A stretch of 64,000 nucleotides of DNA from Candidatus Cloacimonadales bacterium (GCA_963662655.2 CAXXTU010000002.1:3008001-3072000); one strand, 5' to 3'; shown: positions 29,781 to 39,683, counted from the stretch's first letter. Program-made: numbers and translations. The notes: generated by a model from the letters alone, not told the origin.

Positions 29781-31702
29781 TTATCTTCCTCCAGAGTGAT
29801 TCCGTAATATTCTTTCAAAGCCCTACGAGCTTTTTCCTTATCGTTGTCGTTTGTGTCAAATAAAACCGCGTTTTGCAGCGATTCTTTTGCAAGCTTATCC
29901 TTCCCGAGCTTGCGGTAAACCTCGCCGGCGTGGTACGCGATGGACGTGTTGCCCGGACTCGCCGCGATGGCCTGCTCGAGGTACTTCAGCGCCTTCTTGA
30001 AGTCTCCCTGATGGTAGTGAACCCATCCCGCGGTGTCAAGGATATCCGCGGAATCGGGGCTGAGCTCCAGCGCTCTGTTGGCGTGCACGAGCGCTTGCTC
30101 CAGATCGGTGTTCATCTCCGCGAGCTGATACGCCAGATCGTTGTGCATCATGGCATTCTCGGGTTGCGTTTTCACGCCCTGGCGGAGAATCTGGATCATC
30201 TTGTCGAATGCTCCGGTGAAGTAGTAAGCACCGGAGAGAGCGTTGTAAGCCTGTATCGAGCTATCGGGATAATCCCGAAGATAGGGCTCCAGGTATTCGA
30301 TGGTCTTATCGTATCGCTCGAGGCGATTGTATTCTAGCCCGATCGATATCTCCGGATCGAAATAGAGCGTTGAATCCCGTCTGATAGCTTCGATCGCCGG
30401 TTGAGGCTGATCTGCGGTCACATATAGCTGGGAAATGTGTAGCGTCAAATCGTTGCGTAGGATGTACCCGTGATCGATCTTGTTCAGCCATTCAAGTGAA
30501 GCCTGCGGGTTGAGTTCCGCCTCCTGACGCGCCATCAGGAGCGCGTGCAGGGAATCGTCCGGCGCGATGGTCTGCAATTGATCGATCAATTTTTGTGTTA
30601 CGACGTGCGTCGAGTCGCCTTCGTCCTCTTCGAGGAATAGGATCAGGCGGTCTTCGACCATTGCCGGGGCATGTATGTTGCTCAAATACTGTGCCGCGTG
30701 CCCGACATCTCCTTTCTCGAGGAACATGCCGGCCGTTACGCTTAAGTAACGATCTTCGTTAACCATGGTAAGCGTATGCGAATCGACCAGTTGGTCGCAC
30801 ATTTCCACCAGGAGCGAATCGGCATCCGTTTGCTCGGCAGCCCAGAAAATCAGTATGCGTGTGTCCGTAAGGTCTTCCTGAGAATCGAGGAACCAGCGGT
30901 AGTTCTCCACGATGGTTTCGTGCTTCTCCAGCGCGAAGATGTTTCGCAGCAGGGTTTCGCGCATCCAGCCGTAGATGTCTCGTTCTTCTTCCATCAACTG
31001 GATGAGAAGGTCGATCAGTTCTTGCGATTTACCCTCCTCGCGCAGGATGTTGACCAGCTCGACCAGCGCTTGATCATCCTGCCACTTGTGCCACGCTTTT
31101 CGCATGATCTCTTCCGCTCTCAGCGGATTGAAGCCCTTCAGTTGCCCGGCAAGCAGCAGAACAAGCCGCTCGTTGTCCCACGACTTCTCCAGCGCGCGTT
31201 CCAGCAGTTCGGGTTCTTCCTTATCGGCATATTGATATTGTAGCAGGTAGAATTTGTAAAGATTCAGAGCGCTTGGATCGATCTGGATGAGCTCCCTGAA
31301 AATGCGGATTCCCTGATCGGGCTGCGAGTTCAGAAAGTATGCGTCCGCAAGAGACGCCAGGATTTCCTTGCTGCGGAAGCCGTCCTGATAATAGATCGTA
31401 GCAGTTTGTATGACCTGCGGCGTGTATTGGCTGTCGTCCATCGCCAGCTCCAGCAGGATCTCGGTGATCCTGTTGCGGATGGCCACACTGGACGGATCGA
31501 GCGCTTCGGCCTGCCGGAGGTTATCCAGCGCTTCATTGAGCTTCTTCTGCTGGTAGTTGAACTCGGCTAAATTATAGTATTGCGTCGCTTCCAGAGCGGA
31601 TGTGCTTGATATCGGAACAACAGGAGGCTGCGCTTCCTTCTGCCGATTGGCCGTACAAGCGAATAGCAGCAGACACAAGCACCCGAGGATCAGTTGTTTC
31701 AT
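29777..31702 (-). CDS. tetratricopeptide repeat lipoprotein
   Basis: Lipobox LFAC; C-terminal TPRs (NDLAYQLAE...A.RAL..P.....DT.GW.HY..G). Confidence 0.85.
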   Translation of the reverse strand: MKQLILGCLCLLLFACTANRQKEAQPPVVPISSTSALEATQYYNLAEFNYQQKKLNEALDNLRQAEALDPSSVAIRNRITEILLELAMDDSQYTPQVIQTATIYYQDGFRSKEILASLADAYFLNSQPDQGIRIFRELIQIDPSALNLYKFYLLQYQYADKEEPELLERALEKSWDNERLVLLLAGQLKGFNPLRAEEIMRKAWHKWQDDQALVELVNILREEGKSQELIDLLIQLMEEERDIYGWMRETLLRNIFALEKHETIVENYRWFLDSQEDLTDTRILIFWAAEQTDADSLLVEMCDQLVDSHTLTMVNEDRYLSVTAGMFLEKGDVGHAAQYLSNIHAPAMVEDRLILFLEEDEGDSTHVVTQKLIDQLQTIAPDDSLHALLMARQEAELNPQASLEWLNKIDHGYILRNDLTLHISQLYVTADQPQPAIEAIRRDSTLYFDPEISIGLEYNRLERYDKTIEYLEPYLRDYPDSSIQAYNALSGAYYFTGAFDKMIQILRQGVKTQPENAMMHNDLAYQLAEMNTDLEQALVHANRALELSPDSADILDTAGWVHYHQGDFKKALKYLEQAIAASPGNTSIAYHAGEVYRKLGKDKLAKESLQNAVLFDTNDNDKEKARRALKEYYGITLEEDK

Positions 31703-31716
31703 ACGTGGCGATAAGT

Positions 31717-32514
31717 TTAGAAGGTCATGTTGTAGATGATCATGACCGAGCGATCAAAGCCATCCGTGTGCCGGCTGTTTTCCAGAATATCGTAGCCTTC
31801 CACGCGGAGAATCAGATAGTCGGTGAAACGGATATTGATCGAGGCATTGAGGTATCCCTTCTTGTAGTTCTTCAAGCGGGGGACATCGTCCTCTTCATCC
31901 TGATCCTCAATCTCTTCCGTTTCCGGATCGAGCTTCCTGCCCTTGGTATCATTGAGCGCAACATCATACTCACACGCGACGGTGATCTTGTTGGTGATGT
32001 CCTTGTCGATTCCGGCGAAGAAGTTGATGTCCTCGTCTTCATCGTCGTTTTCCATAGAGTAGTTCACACCGCCGTGAAATCCGAGGTTACCCAGAAGCAG
32101 ATAATTCTTGCTGAGCACCGCGTAGAATCCCTTCGATTTGAGATCGTAGCGATTATCGAATTTGTGGAAAACACCGTGTCCGCGAGAATCGTAGCCGATT
32201 GCCAGCGCGGGCCACTTGGCCGATTCGTCGAGCAGGCGATATTTCGCCATGAATTCTATGCGTTCGTGCCATGTCGGCTCTTCGTTACCCACGACGTCTT
32301 CGCCGCCGTAGCTCACGCCGAACATGAATCCGGGAAACAAGCCGACTTCCGCGCCCACAAGCATACCGTTCTGACGATATATCTTGGTGAATACGGATGC
32401 CTCGCCGCGCTGAAGAACGCCGGCCGTCGGCGCGTCTACGAGCTTTCTCAATTCATAGGCACTGCTTGCGACAACGATTGCCGCCAGGATCAAAATCAAA
32501 CAAACTTTCTTCAT
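31717..32514 (-). CDS. putative outer-membrane beta-barrel protein (YjbH-like)
   Basis: Signal peptide; LVDAPTAG.L motif; amphipathic strands; C-terminal Y-x-x-x-F. Confidence 0.6.
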   Translation of the reverse strand: MKKVCLILILAAIVVASSAYELRKLVDAPTAGVLQRGEASVFTKIYRQNGMLVGAEVGLFPGFMFGVSYGGEDVVGNEEPTWHERIEFMAKYRLLDESAKWPALAIGYDSRGHGVFHKFDNRYDLKSKGFYAVLSKNYLLLGNLGFHGGVNYSMENDDEDEDINFFAGIDKDITNKITVACEYDVALNDTKGRKLDPETEEIEDQDEEDDVPRLKNYKKGYLNASINIRFTDYLILRVEGYDILENSRHTDGFDRSVMIIYNMTF

Positions 32515-33569
32515 TCCGGTTTCCCTCCAGGATTTTTCACACGAAACGTTTTACTGATCTCTTCCAGCTCGATCAGCGTTGTCAATTTATAACCTTCGGG
32601 ATAGTAGATTGAGTTGTCAATAAGAAAAGCGGTCGAAGTCGCAGAATCATACAATACGAAGCACTGGAAAGCCCCGCCGACGTAATATTTGTCGTTGTGC
32701 CAGGGACCGGAAATCTTCAGGGCGTCGTACGGTCCGATTTTCACACTGATCGTACGGGCGAGCTTGGGATCGAACTGGTCTTCGTCGTAATAATCCCACG
32801 CGAGATGCTTGCGAGTCTCCAGACCCCATGCACGGAAGTCGGGTTTTTGGTCCAGCTTCTCGTAATAGACGCCGAAGTATCGATCCGGCTGTTCGCCGAG
32901 CCTTGCCAGCCATGAGAGGTAGCGATTTCCGAAATCCCGCTTGTTCAGAACATAATTCTTGGGCAGGCGCACTTGCCAGGGGAGTTCGTCGAAATCCGAT
33001 TCCTGATGGATGCCGGGCATGTAAGCGCGTCGCTGCATGCGCTGGTGCATCTTGTCTAGGAACAGATCGAATATCTCGTTCGATTTCTCGTAGTTGAATC
33101 GAGGTAAATCCTTACCGATATCGGTAATCAGGAAAACGGCGATCTGGTCGTTCGACCACAGTTCGTCGCGGGTGAAAAGGCCTCCGCCGCTCTCTTTCAC
33201 CTGCTGAATATAGGTTTCGCCCAGCTTGTTCGTGAGGTAGGAAGAGACCTTGTCCGCTGAACGGAGATTTCCCAGAAACAGCAGATTCGCGAAGCGATAG
33301 TAGGTATCCATATTGGAGATGTTCACACGCTTGACCTCGAAGTAGGGCTCGTTCTCCGTGGTGAACACCTGCCGCTCCAGCGAGTAGCGCAGGTATTTCT
33401 CGACGCCTTTCCAGACGGGATCGTCAGCGAACACGTAGATCGTTTGATTGTGTCCCCATGACGGCGGTTTATCGGTGCGGGTCTTGGGTCTGCCATCGTC
33501 TTTTCCCTGCTCGCCGCAAGCGAACAGGACAAGCGCGAGGATCAGGATCAGAATGATTCGTTTCATCAT
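32511..33569 (-). CDS. DUF4837-like lipoprotein
   Basis: Real start MMKRII overlaps the pgsA stop; lipobox LFAC; EPYF, W..DQ and G.W......GGAF motifs. Confidence 0.7.
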   Translation of the reverse strand: MMKRIILILILALVLFACGEQGKDDGRPKTRTDKPPSWGHNQTIYVFADDPVWKGVEKYLRYSLERQVFTTENEPYFEVKRVNISNMDTYYRFANLLFLGNLRSADKVSSYLTNKLGETYIQQVKESGGGLFTRDELWSNDQIAVFLITDIGKDLPRFNYEKSNEIFDLFLDKMHQRMQRRAYMPGIHQESDFDELPWQVRLPKNYVLNKRDFGNRYLSWLARLGEQPDRYFGVYYEKLDQKPDFRAWGLETRKHLAWDYYDEDQFDPKLARTISVKIGPYDALKISGPWHNDKYYVGGAFQCFVLYDSATSTAFLIDNSIYYPEGYKLTTLIELEEISKTFRVKNPGGKPE

Positions 33570-34141
33570 TGTTCCTTTTTGGGCGGGATGAAATAGGTCG
33601 CGCCCGAAAGAAGCGTTATTGCCGCGATGATCCAGAAGCAGATGCGCAGGATCAATTCGATGATGCAGGATGCCTCTTGCAGGAACGTGAGGTAATGACG
33701 GAAGGCGTAAAACGTAAGCGCTGCGATAATGCCCGTCATTTGCGTGAAAGTCTTGAGCTTGCCCCAGATATTGGCGGGGATGTAGATTTTTCTGCGAGAG
33801 TAGTAATTCCTCCGCATGGTGACAGCCACTTCGCGGATGATGACCACGATGGGAATCCAGATTCCGATCATCTTCCACGGCCCCAGCGATAGTGCCAGGA
33901 TCGCCGTCACGACGACCAGCTTATCCGCCAGCGGATCCATGATCTTGCCGAAATTGGAGATCACGTTCATCTGTCTTGCGAGAACGCCGTCCAGGTAGTC
34001 GGAGATCGAGGCGATGACGAAAAAGATCAGCCCGTAGAGGTAGCCCTTTTCCGCCGGCTGATACAGGAACAAAAACCATATCAGCGCCGGCACGCAAGCG
34101 ACGCGCAGCATGGTCAGCATATTGGGTATTTGTTTTCTCAT
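33566..34141 (-). CDS. pgsA: CDP-diacylglycerol--glycerol-3-phosphate 3-phosphatidyltransferase
   Basis: IPNMLT..R, SDYLDGVLAR...SNFGKIMDPLADK and GKLKT..Q. Confidence 0.95.
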   Translation of the reverse strand: MRKQIPNMLTMLRVACVPALIWFLFLYQPAEKGYLYGLIFFVIASISDYLDGVLARQMNVISNFGKIMDPLADKLVVVTAILALSLGPWKMIGIWIPIVVIIREVAVTMRRNYYSRRKIYIPANIWGKLKTFTQMTGIIAALTFYAFRHYLTFLQEASCIIELILRICFWIIAAITLLSGATYFIPPKKEQ

Positions 34142-34908
34142 GATTCTTCACTTCGCATGGAAAGCGCGGTAACCAGCGTTCCCAATAGCAACCCGATTCC
34201 TTGCAGTCCGGCCAGATCCAGTTCCTGCCAGGGGGATTGCAAAACATATTTTCTTACAAGGAAAACGAAAACGGCGCTGAATATTACAGGTAGAAAAACC
34301 AGCGCGAGGTAATTACGGATAAAATTCTTCAGGCGTTTACCCTCGTCTCCACCAGCCCTGCGATACACCTTCCAGAAGAGGTTGTTGCGCGTTTCCGACC
34401 ACGTTCCCATAGAGCCTACGACCAGAAACAGCACGAATGCCAGCACGATATCGACGGTGCCACGAATCACGATGGCGTCGTCGTATGCCGTTCGTAGCGA
34501 CTGCCAGCGATTGAAATCGTATTCGAGCGGAATTCCGAGCGTGTCCGCCTGGGTGGTCAGTTCCCTGATGCTGCCCTCGGTGTAATCGTCCGGTTCGAGG
34601 TTGAGGCGGAGGATATCGGGGAGGTTGACGTCGTCGAGGATGTCGCGCGCTTGCTGCAGCCCGTACTTGCTGATCAACGTATCGCTGGATTCCTCGCCCT
34701 TGATCACCGTGAGATGTTTCACGTATGCTATCCGCCGAAGCAGGCTGTCGGCGTGCTCGGTCAGGCCGTCGTCCGCGGAAAAGAACATCACCGGCGTATC
34801 GTAGAGCTGATTGCCGATACGATCGACCCGCGCTTCCAGAAAAAGACGCAGGCAGTCCCAGCTCAATACGATCGCGATAACGATTAAAAACTGCCACCAG
34901 AATTTCAC
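34138..34908 (-). CDS. FtsX-like four-TM membrane protein
   Basis: One TM, a roughly 120-aa extracytoplasmic domain (NLPD motif), then three TMs; translationally coupled to an ABC-ATPase-like gene. Confidence 0.55.
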   Translation of the reverse strand: MKFWWQFLIVIAIVLSWDCLRLFLEARVDRIGNQLYDTPVMFFSADDGLTEHADSLLRRIAYVKHLTVIKGEESSDTLISKYGLQQARDILDDVNLPDILRLNLEPDDYTEGSIRELTTQADTLGIPLEYDFNRWQSLRTAYDDAIVIRGTVDIVLAFVLFLVVGSMGTWSETRNNLFWKVYRRAGGDEGKRLKNFIRNYLALVFLPVIFSAVFVFLVRKYVLQSPWQELDLAGLQGIGLLLGTLVTALSMRSEES

Positions 34909-35528
34909 GATTCGTCCTCCACTACCATTCCTTGATCGATACGATAATAGCGATCGAATCCGTCAAGCTTACACTTTGCCGTAGCCAGAACTGCCGTTCC
35001 GCTTTCCATGGCGACCTTCAACGTCTCAAGAACCTTCTCGTATCGTCTGGAATCGAAATAGACATCGATGTCGTCGATGAGGATCGCAAAGGGGAGCTGG
35101 ATGACGGCGCGAATGATCTCCACCATGATTTTCTGCGAATAGGTGAGGCGGATCACCGGGGAATCGAGATATTCCCGCAGACCGAGGATGTCGCCGAGTT
35201 GCTCCGCGCGCTCGATTTGCCGCTGGGTGAGTTTATGCATGGGAATGCACAGGTTTTCACGGATGGTTTTCTTCGCCAGAAGGTGAACCTCGGGTTGAAC
35301 CAGGATCGTTTTACGCTTGATTTTGCGGCTGTGGATCGATTCGTCTTTGATCAGGATGTTGCCCTCGAGCTGACGGTATTCGCCGTGGATGGTTCTGAGC
35401 AGTAGGCTGCGTCCCTCCACGTTTGCCCCGACGATCAATGCCGATGTACGCGCCGGAAGGTGCAGGTACGGAACCGTGAGGATGGCTCTTTCCCCGTCGT
35501 TGATCTTCAGGTCGTTCACTTTAAGCAT
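34905..35528 (-). CDS. ABC ATP-binding-cassette fold protein with degenerate motifs
   Basis: ABC layout, but Walker A reads GANVEGRS, signature LTYSQ, Walker B ILIDD, and the H-loop His is absent (LATAK). Confidence 0.75.
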   Translation of the reverse strand: MLKVNDLKINDGERAILTVPYLHLPARTSALIVGANVEGRSLLLRTIHGEYRQLEGNILIKDESIHSRKIKRKTILVQPEVHLLAKKTIRENLCIPMHKLTQRQIERAEQLGDILGLREYLDSPVIRLTYSQKIMVEIIRAVIQLPFAILIDDIDVYFDSRRYEKVLETLKVAMESGTAVLATAKCKLDGFDRYYRIDQGMVVEDES

Positions 35529-35559
35529 TGCCTGGCTCTCCTGTTTGAAATAGTTTGAC

Positions 35560-36171
35560 TCAATACTTCAGTATAGCAATCATCATGCCTTTCTTATCAT
35601 GATGTAATGATATTATGTCATGGATGTGGAGGTCAACTAATTTTGCTTTTTCTTCCAGCTCTTCCATGCGCGATAGCGGATACAAGAGGAACGCCGTCCC
35701 CTCCGATGAAAGGTTTCTGTCGACACACGCGAGAACGTCGGCCATCGTACAAATGATTTCGTGACGGGCGATGTTGCGTTCCCGATTGGGGCCGAGGCGA
35801 CCGCTCCCAAACGGTATGAAGGGCGGGTTGGATACGACCGCGTCGAAGGGAGCGCTTGCGGTGAAGTTGCGAATATCCTCGTGCAGGAAATCAATCGACG
35901 CGCCGGTTCGCTTGCGATTGGCAATTGCCAAACGATGTGCGTCTTCGCGGATTTCTACGCCCGTGACGTTCATGTCAGGCAGGGAAAGCTTGAGCATGAT
36001 GGAGACAATGCCGATTCCGGAGCCCAGTTCAAGCAGCGAACAGGTCTTTTCCCCGATCCTTTTCGTAACCGCTTCCACCAGTGAGGCGGCATCGTGGGAG
36101 ACTGGCTGCCCGGTATCCTGGTAGATCGAAAGCTCTCCGATGGGTAGAGTAACCAGCCTGGCGCTTTCCAT
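35560..36171 (-). CDS. SAM-dependent methyltransferase (tRNA1(Val) A37-N6 methylase-like)
   Basis: LELGSGIG, VSNPPF and IARHE motifs. Confidence 0.8.
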   Translation of the reverse strand: MESARLVTLPIGELSIYQDTGQPVSHDAASLVEAVTKRIGEKTCSLLELGSGIGIVSIMLKLSLPDMNVTGVEIREDAHRLAIANRKRTGASIDFLHEDIRNFTASAPFDAVVSNPPFIPFGSGRLGPNRERNIARHEIICTMADVLACVDRNLSSEGTAFLLYPLSRMEELEEKAKLVDLHIHDIISLHHDKKGMMIAILKY

Positions 36172-36189
36172 ACACAAACCAAGCGCTGA

Positions 36190-37113
36190 TTAATTGCTCA
36201 GATCCAGCATGGTCCGAATGCTCTTCAATGCTCTCGCTGCGATGCCCTCTTCGATCGTCACCTCGCCGGTTTCTTCCAGGAGCGTGAGCAGTACCTCTTT
36301 CAGGGAGGTCTTCTTCATGTTGATGCAGGTAGACCGTTCGCAAAGCGCTTCGATCGACTTCAGCGGATACATGGCTTGCAGCTTCTTGACCAGTCCGACT
36401 TCCGTTCCGATGATCAGATTATCGTGGTTGGCAGCGTAGTCCTCCATCCCTTGCGTGCTGGCGACGACGTCCGCGGCGCGGAACACTTCCGGCTTGCACT
36501 CGGGATGAACGATGATGGTGTGATCGGGATATTTTACCCGGGCCTTGTCGACGTCCTCGATACGAATCATCTGGTGATGGACGTTGCAATAGCCGTCCCA
36601 GACGATGATCTTGCGCCCCGTTTGGTCCGCGGCGTAGGTTCCCAGGTTCTGGTCGGGAACGAAGAGGATGGTTTTGTCCTTCGGGATCGAATTGACGATC
36701 TTCACGGCGTTGGAAGAGGTGCAGCAGATATCGCTCTCCGCCTTCACGTCCACGGTGGAGTTCACGTAGCACAGGGTGATCGAACCGGGGTGTTGCGCCT
36801 TGAACTCCCGGAGCTTCTCGCCGGTGATCATGTCCGCCATGGGGCATCCGGCTTCTATGTGCGTGAGGAGCACTTTCGCATCGGGATTGAGCAGCTTGGC
36901 TGTTTCCGCCATGAACCGCACGCCGGCAAACACGATGATATCCGCATCAACACGCGTCGCTTCCTGAGCGAGCGCAAGCGAATCACCGGTGAAATCCGCG
37001 ACATCCTGAACGGGTAGAATCTGGTAATTGTGTGCCAGGATAACGGCGTTCTTTTCTCTCTTCAATCGTTGTATGGTTTCTTTGGTTATCTTCTCGGAAA
37101 GGTTGTTCATCAT
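36190..37113 (-). CDS. nadA: quinolinate synthase
   Basis: ILAHNYQ, GDSL.LA, GVRFMAETAK, AGCPMAD, YVNS...KA.SD.CCTSSNA, PDQNLG and HPEC. Confidence 0.97.
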   Translation of the reverse strand: MMNNLSEKITKETIQRLKREKNAVILAHNYQILPVQDVADFTGDSLALAQEATRVDADIIVFAGVRFMAETAKLLNPDAKVLLTHIEAGCPMADMITGEKLREFKAQHPGSITLCYVNSTVDVKAESDICCTSSNAVKIVNSIPKDKTILFVPDQNLGTYAADQTGRKIIVWDGYCNVHHQMIRIEDVDKARVKYPDHTIIVHPECKPEVFRAADVVASTQGMEDYAANHDNLIIGTEVGLVKKLQAMYPLKSIEALCERSTCINMKKTSLKEVLLTLLEETGEVTIEEGIAARALKSIRTMLDLSN

Positions 37114-37135
37114 GGAAAGCTCCTTGAGAAATGAA

Positions 37136-37573
37136 TCAGATTTGCGTGTGCCCGAAACCGCCCGTGCCCCGCTCGGTTTCGGAGAGTTCTTCGACGACGA
37201 CGAATTCGACCGCCTCGCAACGGGAGATAATCATCTGGGCGATGCGGCTTCCTGGTTCGACGGTATAGGTTTTATCGCCAAAATTATACATGATGATCCC
37301 GACTTCGCCACGGTAGTCCGAATCGATGGTACCCGGCGCATTCAGGATGCCGATGCCATGCTTGAGCGCCAGACCGCTTCTCGGGCGGATTTGAGCCTCA
37401 TAGCCCTCGGGTATCCCGATGGATATTCCGGTGGGTACCAGCTTGACCTTGCCCGGCTCCAGCGCGATCGGTGTCTCTGCCGACGTATAAAGGTCGTAGC
37501 CGGCAGCGTGCGTCGTCATTCGCTGCGGCAATCTTGCGCTTGAGGTGAGTGTTTTCAGTTCGACTCTAATCAT
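37136..37573 (-). CDS. dut: dUTP diphosphatase
   Basis: AGYDL, RPRSGLA, GTIDSDYRGE, RIAQ and RGTGGFGHT. Confidence 0.97.
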   Translation of the reverse strand: MIRVELKTLTSSARLPQRMTTHAAGYDLYTSAETPIALEPGKVKLVPTGISIGIPEGYEAQIRPRSGLALKHGIGILNAPGTIDSDYRGEVGIIMYNFGDKTYTVEPGSRIAQMIISRCEAVEFVVVEELSETERGTGGFGHTQI

Positions 37574-38460
37574 CAAAAATCTCTGGTAAGGATGAAATCC
37601 GCCAGCATGCGAAGCATATCGGCCTTCGGGCCGTACGGCTCGAGCAGGTCAATCGCTTCCGCGACCAGTTTCTCGGCGATTTCGCGGGACTTCTCGAGTC
37701 CGTAAACAGCGGGGAAGGTTGCCTTTTTCACCTTGCTGTCCTTGCCGGTTGATTTGCCCAACTTGGCAGCGCTGCCTTCGATGTCGAGGATGTCGTCCAC
37801 GATCTGGAATGCCAGACCGATCTTGTCTCCGAATTTTTCCAGGCGTTTGATATCTTCCGCTGGAGCTTCGGCGGCATAGCAGCCAAAGCGTATCGAGAGC
37901 TTGATCAGCTTCCCGGTTTTATTGTCGTGGATAAACTTCAGTTCCTGCTCGGTGACGTCCTTGCCCTCTTTGAGGATATCCATTACCTGGCCTGCGATCA
38001 GACCCTTGTCGCCTGCTTCCTTGGCCAGTTCTTCAACCATTTGCAGTTTCACGTCGGGCGAGCCGTCCATGAGCGACAGAATCTCGAAGGCGCTTGCGAG
38101 CAGTGCGTCGCCGGCCAGAAGCGCGAGATCGGATCCGTAGATCACATGGCAGGTTTTTCTGCCGCGCCGGTAATCGTCGTTATCGATTTCGGGGAGGTCG
38201 TCGTGGATAAGCGTAAATGTGTGAAGCATCTCGATGGCTGCTCCAACCGGGCGAATCAGGGCGATGTCATCGCTGAAAAGCAGGAAGGCGTGTATGGCGA
38301 GGTAGGGGCGGAGACGCTTCCCTCCGGCAAAGAGCGTATGGCGCATCGCTTTGTGGATTTCTTTGGGGTATTCGTCTTTGCGGGGTAAAAAACGATCGAG
38401 CGTGATGTTGATGAGTTCACGCTTCTCTTTCAAATCCTTTTTAAGCAACATTTTATTCAC
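37573..38460 (-). CDS. ispA: polyprenyl (farnesyl/geranylgeranyl) diphosphate synthase
   Basis: GGKRLRP, LIHDDLP..DNDD.RRG, KTG and AFQIVDDILD; follows xseB. Confidence 0.9.
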   Translation of the reverse strand: MNKMLLKKDLKEKRELINITLDRFLPRKDEYPKEIHKAMRHTLFAGGKRLRPYLAIHAFLLFSDDIALIRPVGAAIEMLHTFTLIHDDLPEIDNDDYRRGRKTCHVIYGSDLALLAGDALLASAFEILSLMDGSPDVKLQMVEELAKEAGDKGLIAGQVMDILKEGKDVTEQELKFIHDNKTGKLIKLSIRFGCYAAEAPAEDIKRLEKFGDKIGLAFQIVDDILDIEGSAAKLGKSTGKDSKVKKATFPAVYGLEKSREIAEKLVAEAIDLLEPYGPKADMLRMLADFILTRDF

Positions 38461-38671
38461 GGGCGTCTCCTTCGTTCGCTATCGGACTTTCTTTCATTTT
38501 GGCAGAAATCGTCTCTATTTTCAGTTCCACGTCTTTCAGCTTCTTGTTGCATAGCTGAACCAACTGCGTTCCTTCTTCGTACAGCTTCAGTATCTCGTCG
38601 AGCTCGCCTTCGCCTGTCTCCAGCCGATGGACGATGCCTTCGAGTTTGTTCAAAGCCTCTTCAAATTTCAT
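38453..38671 (-). CDS. xseB: exodeoxyribonuclease VII small subunit
   Basis: FEEAL..LE.IV..LE.G...L.....LYEEG..L...C...L...E. Confidence 0.95.
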   Translation of the reverse strand: MKFEEALNKLEGIVHRLETGEGELDEILKLYEEGTQLVQLCNKKLKDVELKIETISAKMKESPIANEGDARE

Positions 38672-39339
38672 CTATCCTCTCCGTCAAGGGATATTATAAT
38701 CAATAAATCACCTTTCTCATAACATATTTCAGCGGGGCTGTCAACAACAACATTGCTGATCCCGCGGCATTTCTTTCTGTAGAGTGTCTCGCCACATAGC
38801 GGATACTCCATTCCACGTGTTTCAACTTTTGTAACCTCTTCGGATACGGGAAGTAGCGAAAGCGTGTGTCCCACGTGGTCCGTCAGGCAAAAGCGTGGTT
38901 GGGCGAGAAGAATCCTCTGCTTCCCCGTCTCGATTCGAGCATCGATGTTCTTTTCTTTAGCGTCATAGAGAAGCGAAAGCAGCGAAAGCGTTTGATCGAC
39001 CCGGTTTTGCATGCTGTTAACGATAACGATACATTCCGGATTGCATTCGTATGCCTTGCGAAGGGCGATCTCGGCGTCTGTTTCATCCTTGGCGGAGGGG
39101 AATATCTCCACTTCGCAACGATTACGCAGCTCGTCGAGAATCTCGGGCTCGATGGAGTCCATGTCTCCCACGAGCATATCCGGGATTATCCGCAGCCTGT
39201 GCAATAAATTTGCGCCACCATCAGCAGCAATGATTGTATCGTTTTCGGTTTTTGCCCCAAGAATCTCTTCTATGCGCAGCAGCGATTCGATATCGGTGGT
39301 TCCGTCAAATCCGGCGGTGACGATCCAGCAAGCGCTCAA
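38668..39339 (-). CDS. thiN: thiamine diphosphokinase
   Basis: AADGGAN, VGDMDS, KDETD, RVDQ and GMEYPL...RGISN. Confidence 0.9.
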   Translation of the reverse strand: MSACWIVTAGFDGTTDIESLLRIEEILGAKTENDTIIAADGGANLLHRLRIIPDMLVGDMDSIEPEILDELRNRCEVEIFPSAKDETDAEIALRKAYECNPECIVIVNSMQNRVDQTLSLLSLLYDAKEKNIDARIETGKQRILLAQPRFCLTDHVGHTLSLLPVSEEVTKVETRGMEYPLCGETLYRKKCRGISNVVVDSPAEICYEKGDLLIIISLDGEDR

Positions 39340-39683
39340 CGATTCTCCTTGATCGAATCGTACAGCTCTTGCAGGTTCTCGTCGGATCGAAGGGAGTCCT
39401 CCAACGCCTTCATGTGTTCGATGTCTGTTTGCACGGAATCCATGACTGCCGAGAGCTCTCCTATGTGTGTTTGCAGTTTCCGGTTTTCCTGCTTCAGAAA
39501 CGAGATTTTATCGATGTCCTCTCGATGGCTGTTCACGTATAGCACGGACAAGACGATCAGGGTTATTACGATCAGAAGAACTGTAAACAAAAAGACTACA
39601 GTACGTTGCGACAGACTTACCTTGACAACCTTGTCTGAGTCCGTTCTCGACAGGGTCAGAAGCCATTTTTTCCTGATATTCAT
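39336..39683 (-). CDS. single-TM coiled-coil protein resembling the N-terminal part of M23 peptidases
   Basis: 115 aa; one TM followed by an LKQENRKL...LR heptad region; no catalytic domain. Confidence 0.6.
   Translation of the reverse strand: MNIRKKWLLTLSRTDSDKVVKVSLSQRTVVFLFTVLLIVITLIVLSVLYVNSHREDIDKISFLKQENRKLQTHIGELSAVMDSVQTDIEHMKALEDSLRSDENLQELYDSIKENR

Noticed and set aside
33570..33878. N-terminal extension of ORF 32511-33878 (similarly the upstream extensions at 673, 23782, 53665 and 62854)
   Set aside because: They overlap other genes or leaders; RBS and signal peptides support the downstream ATGs.
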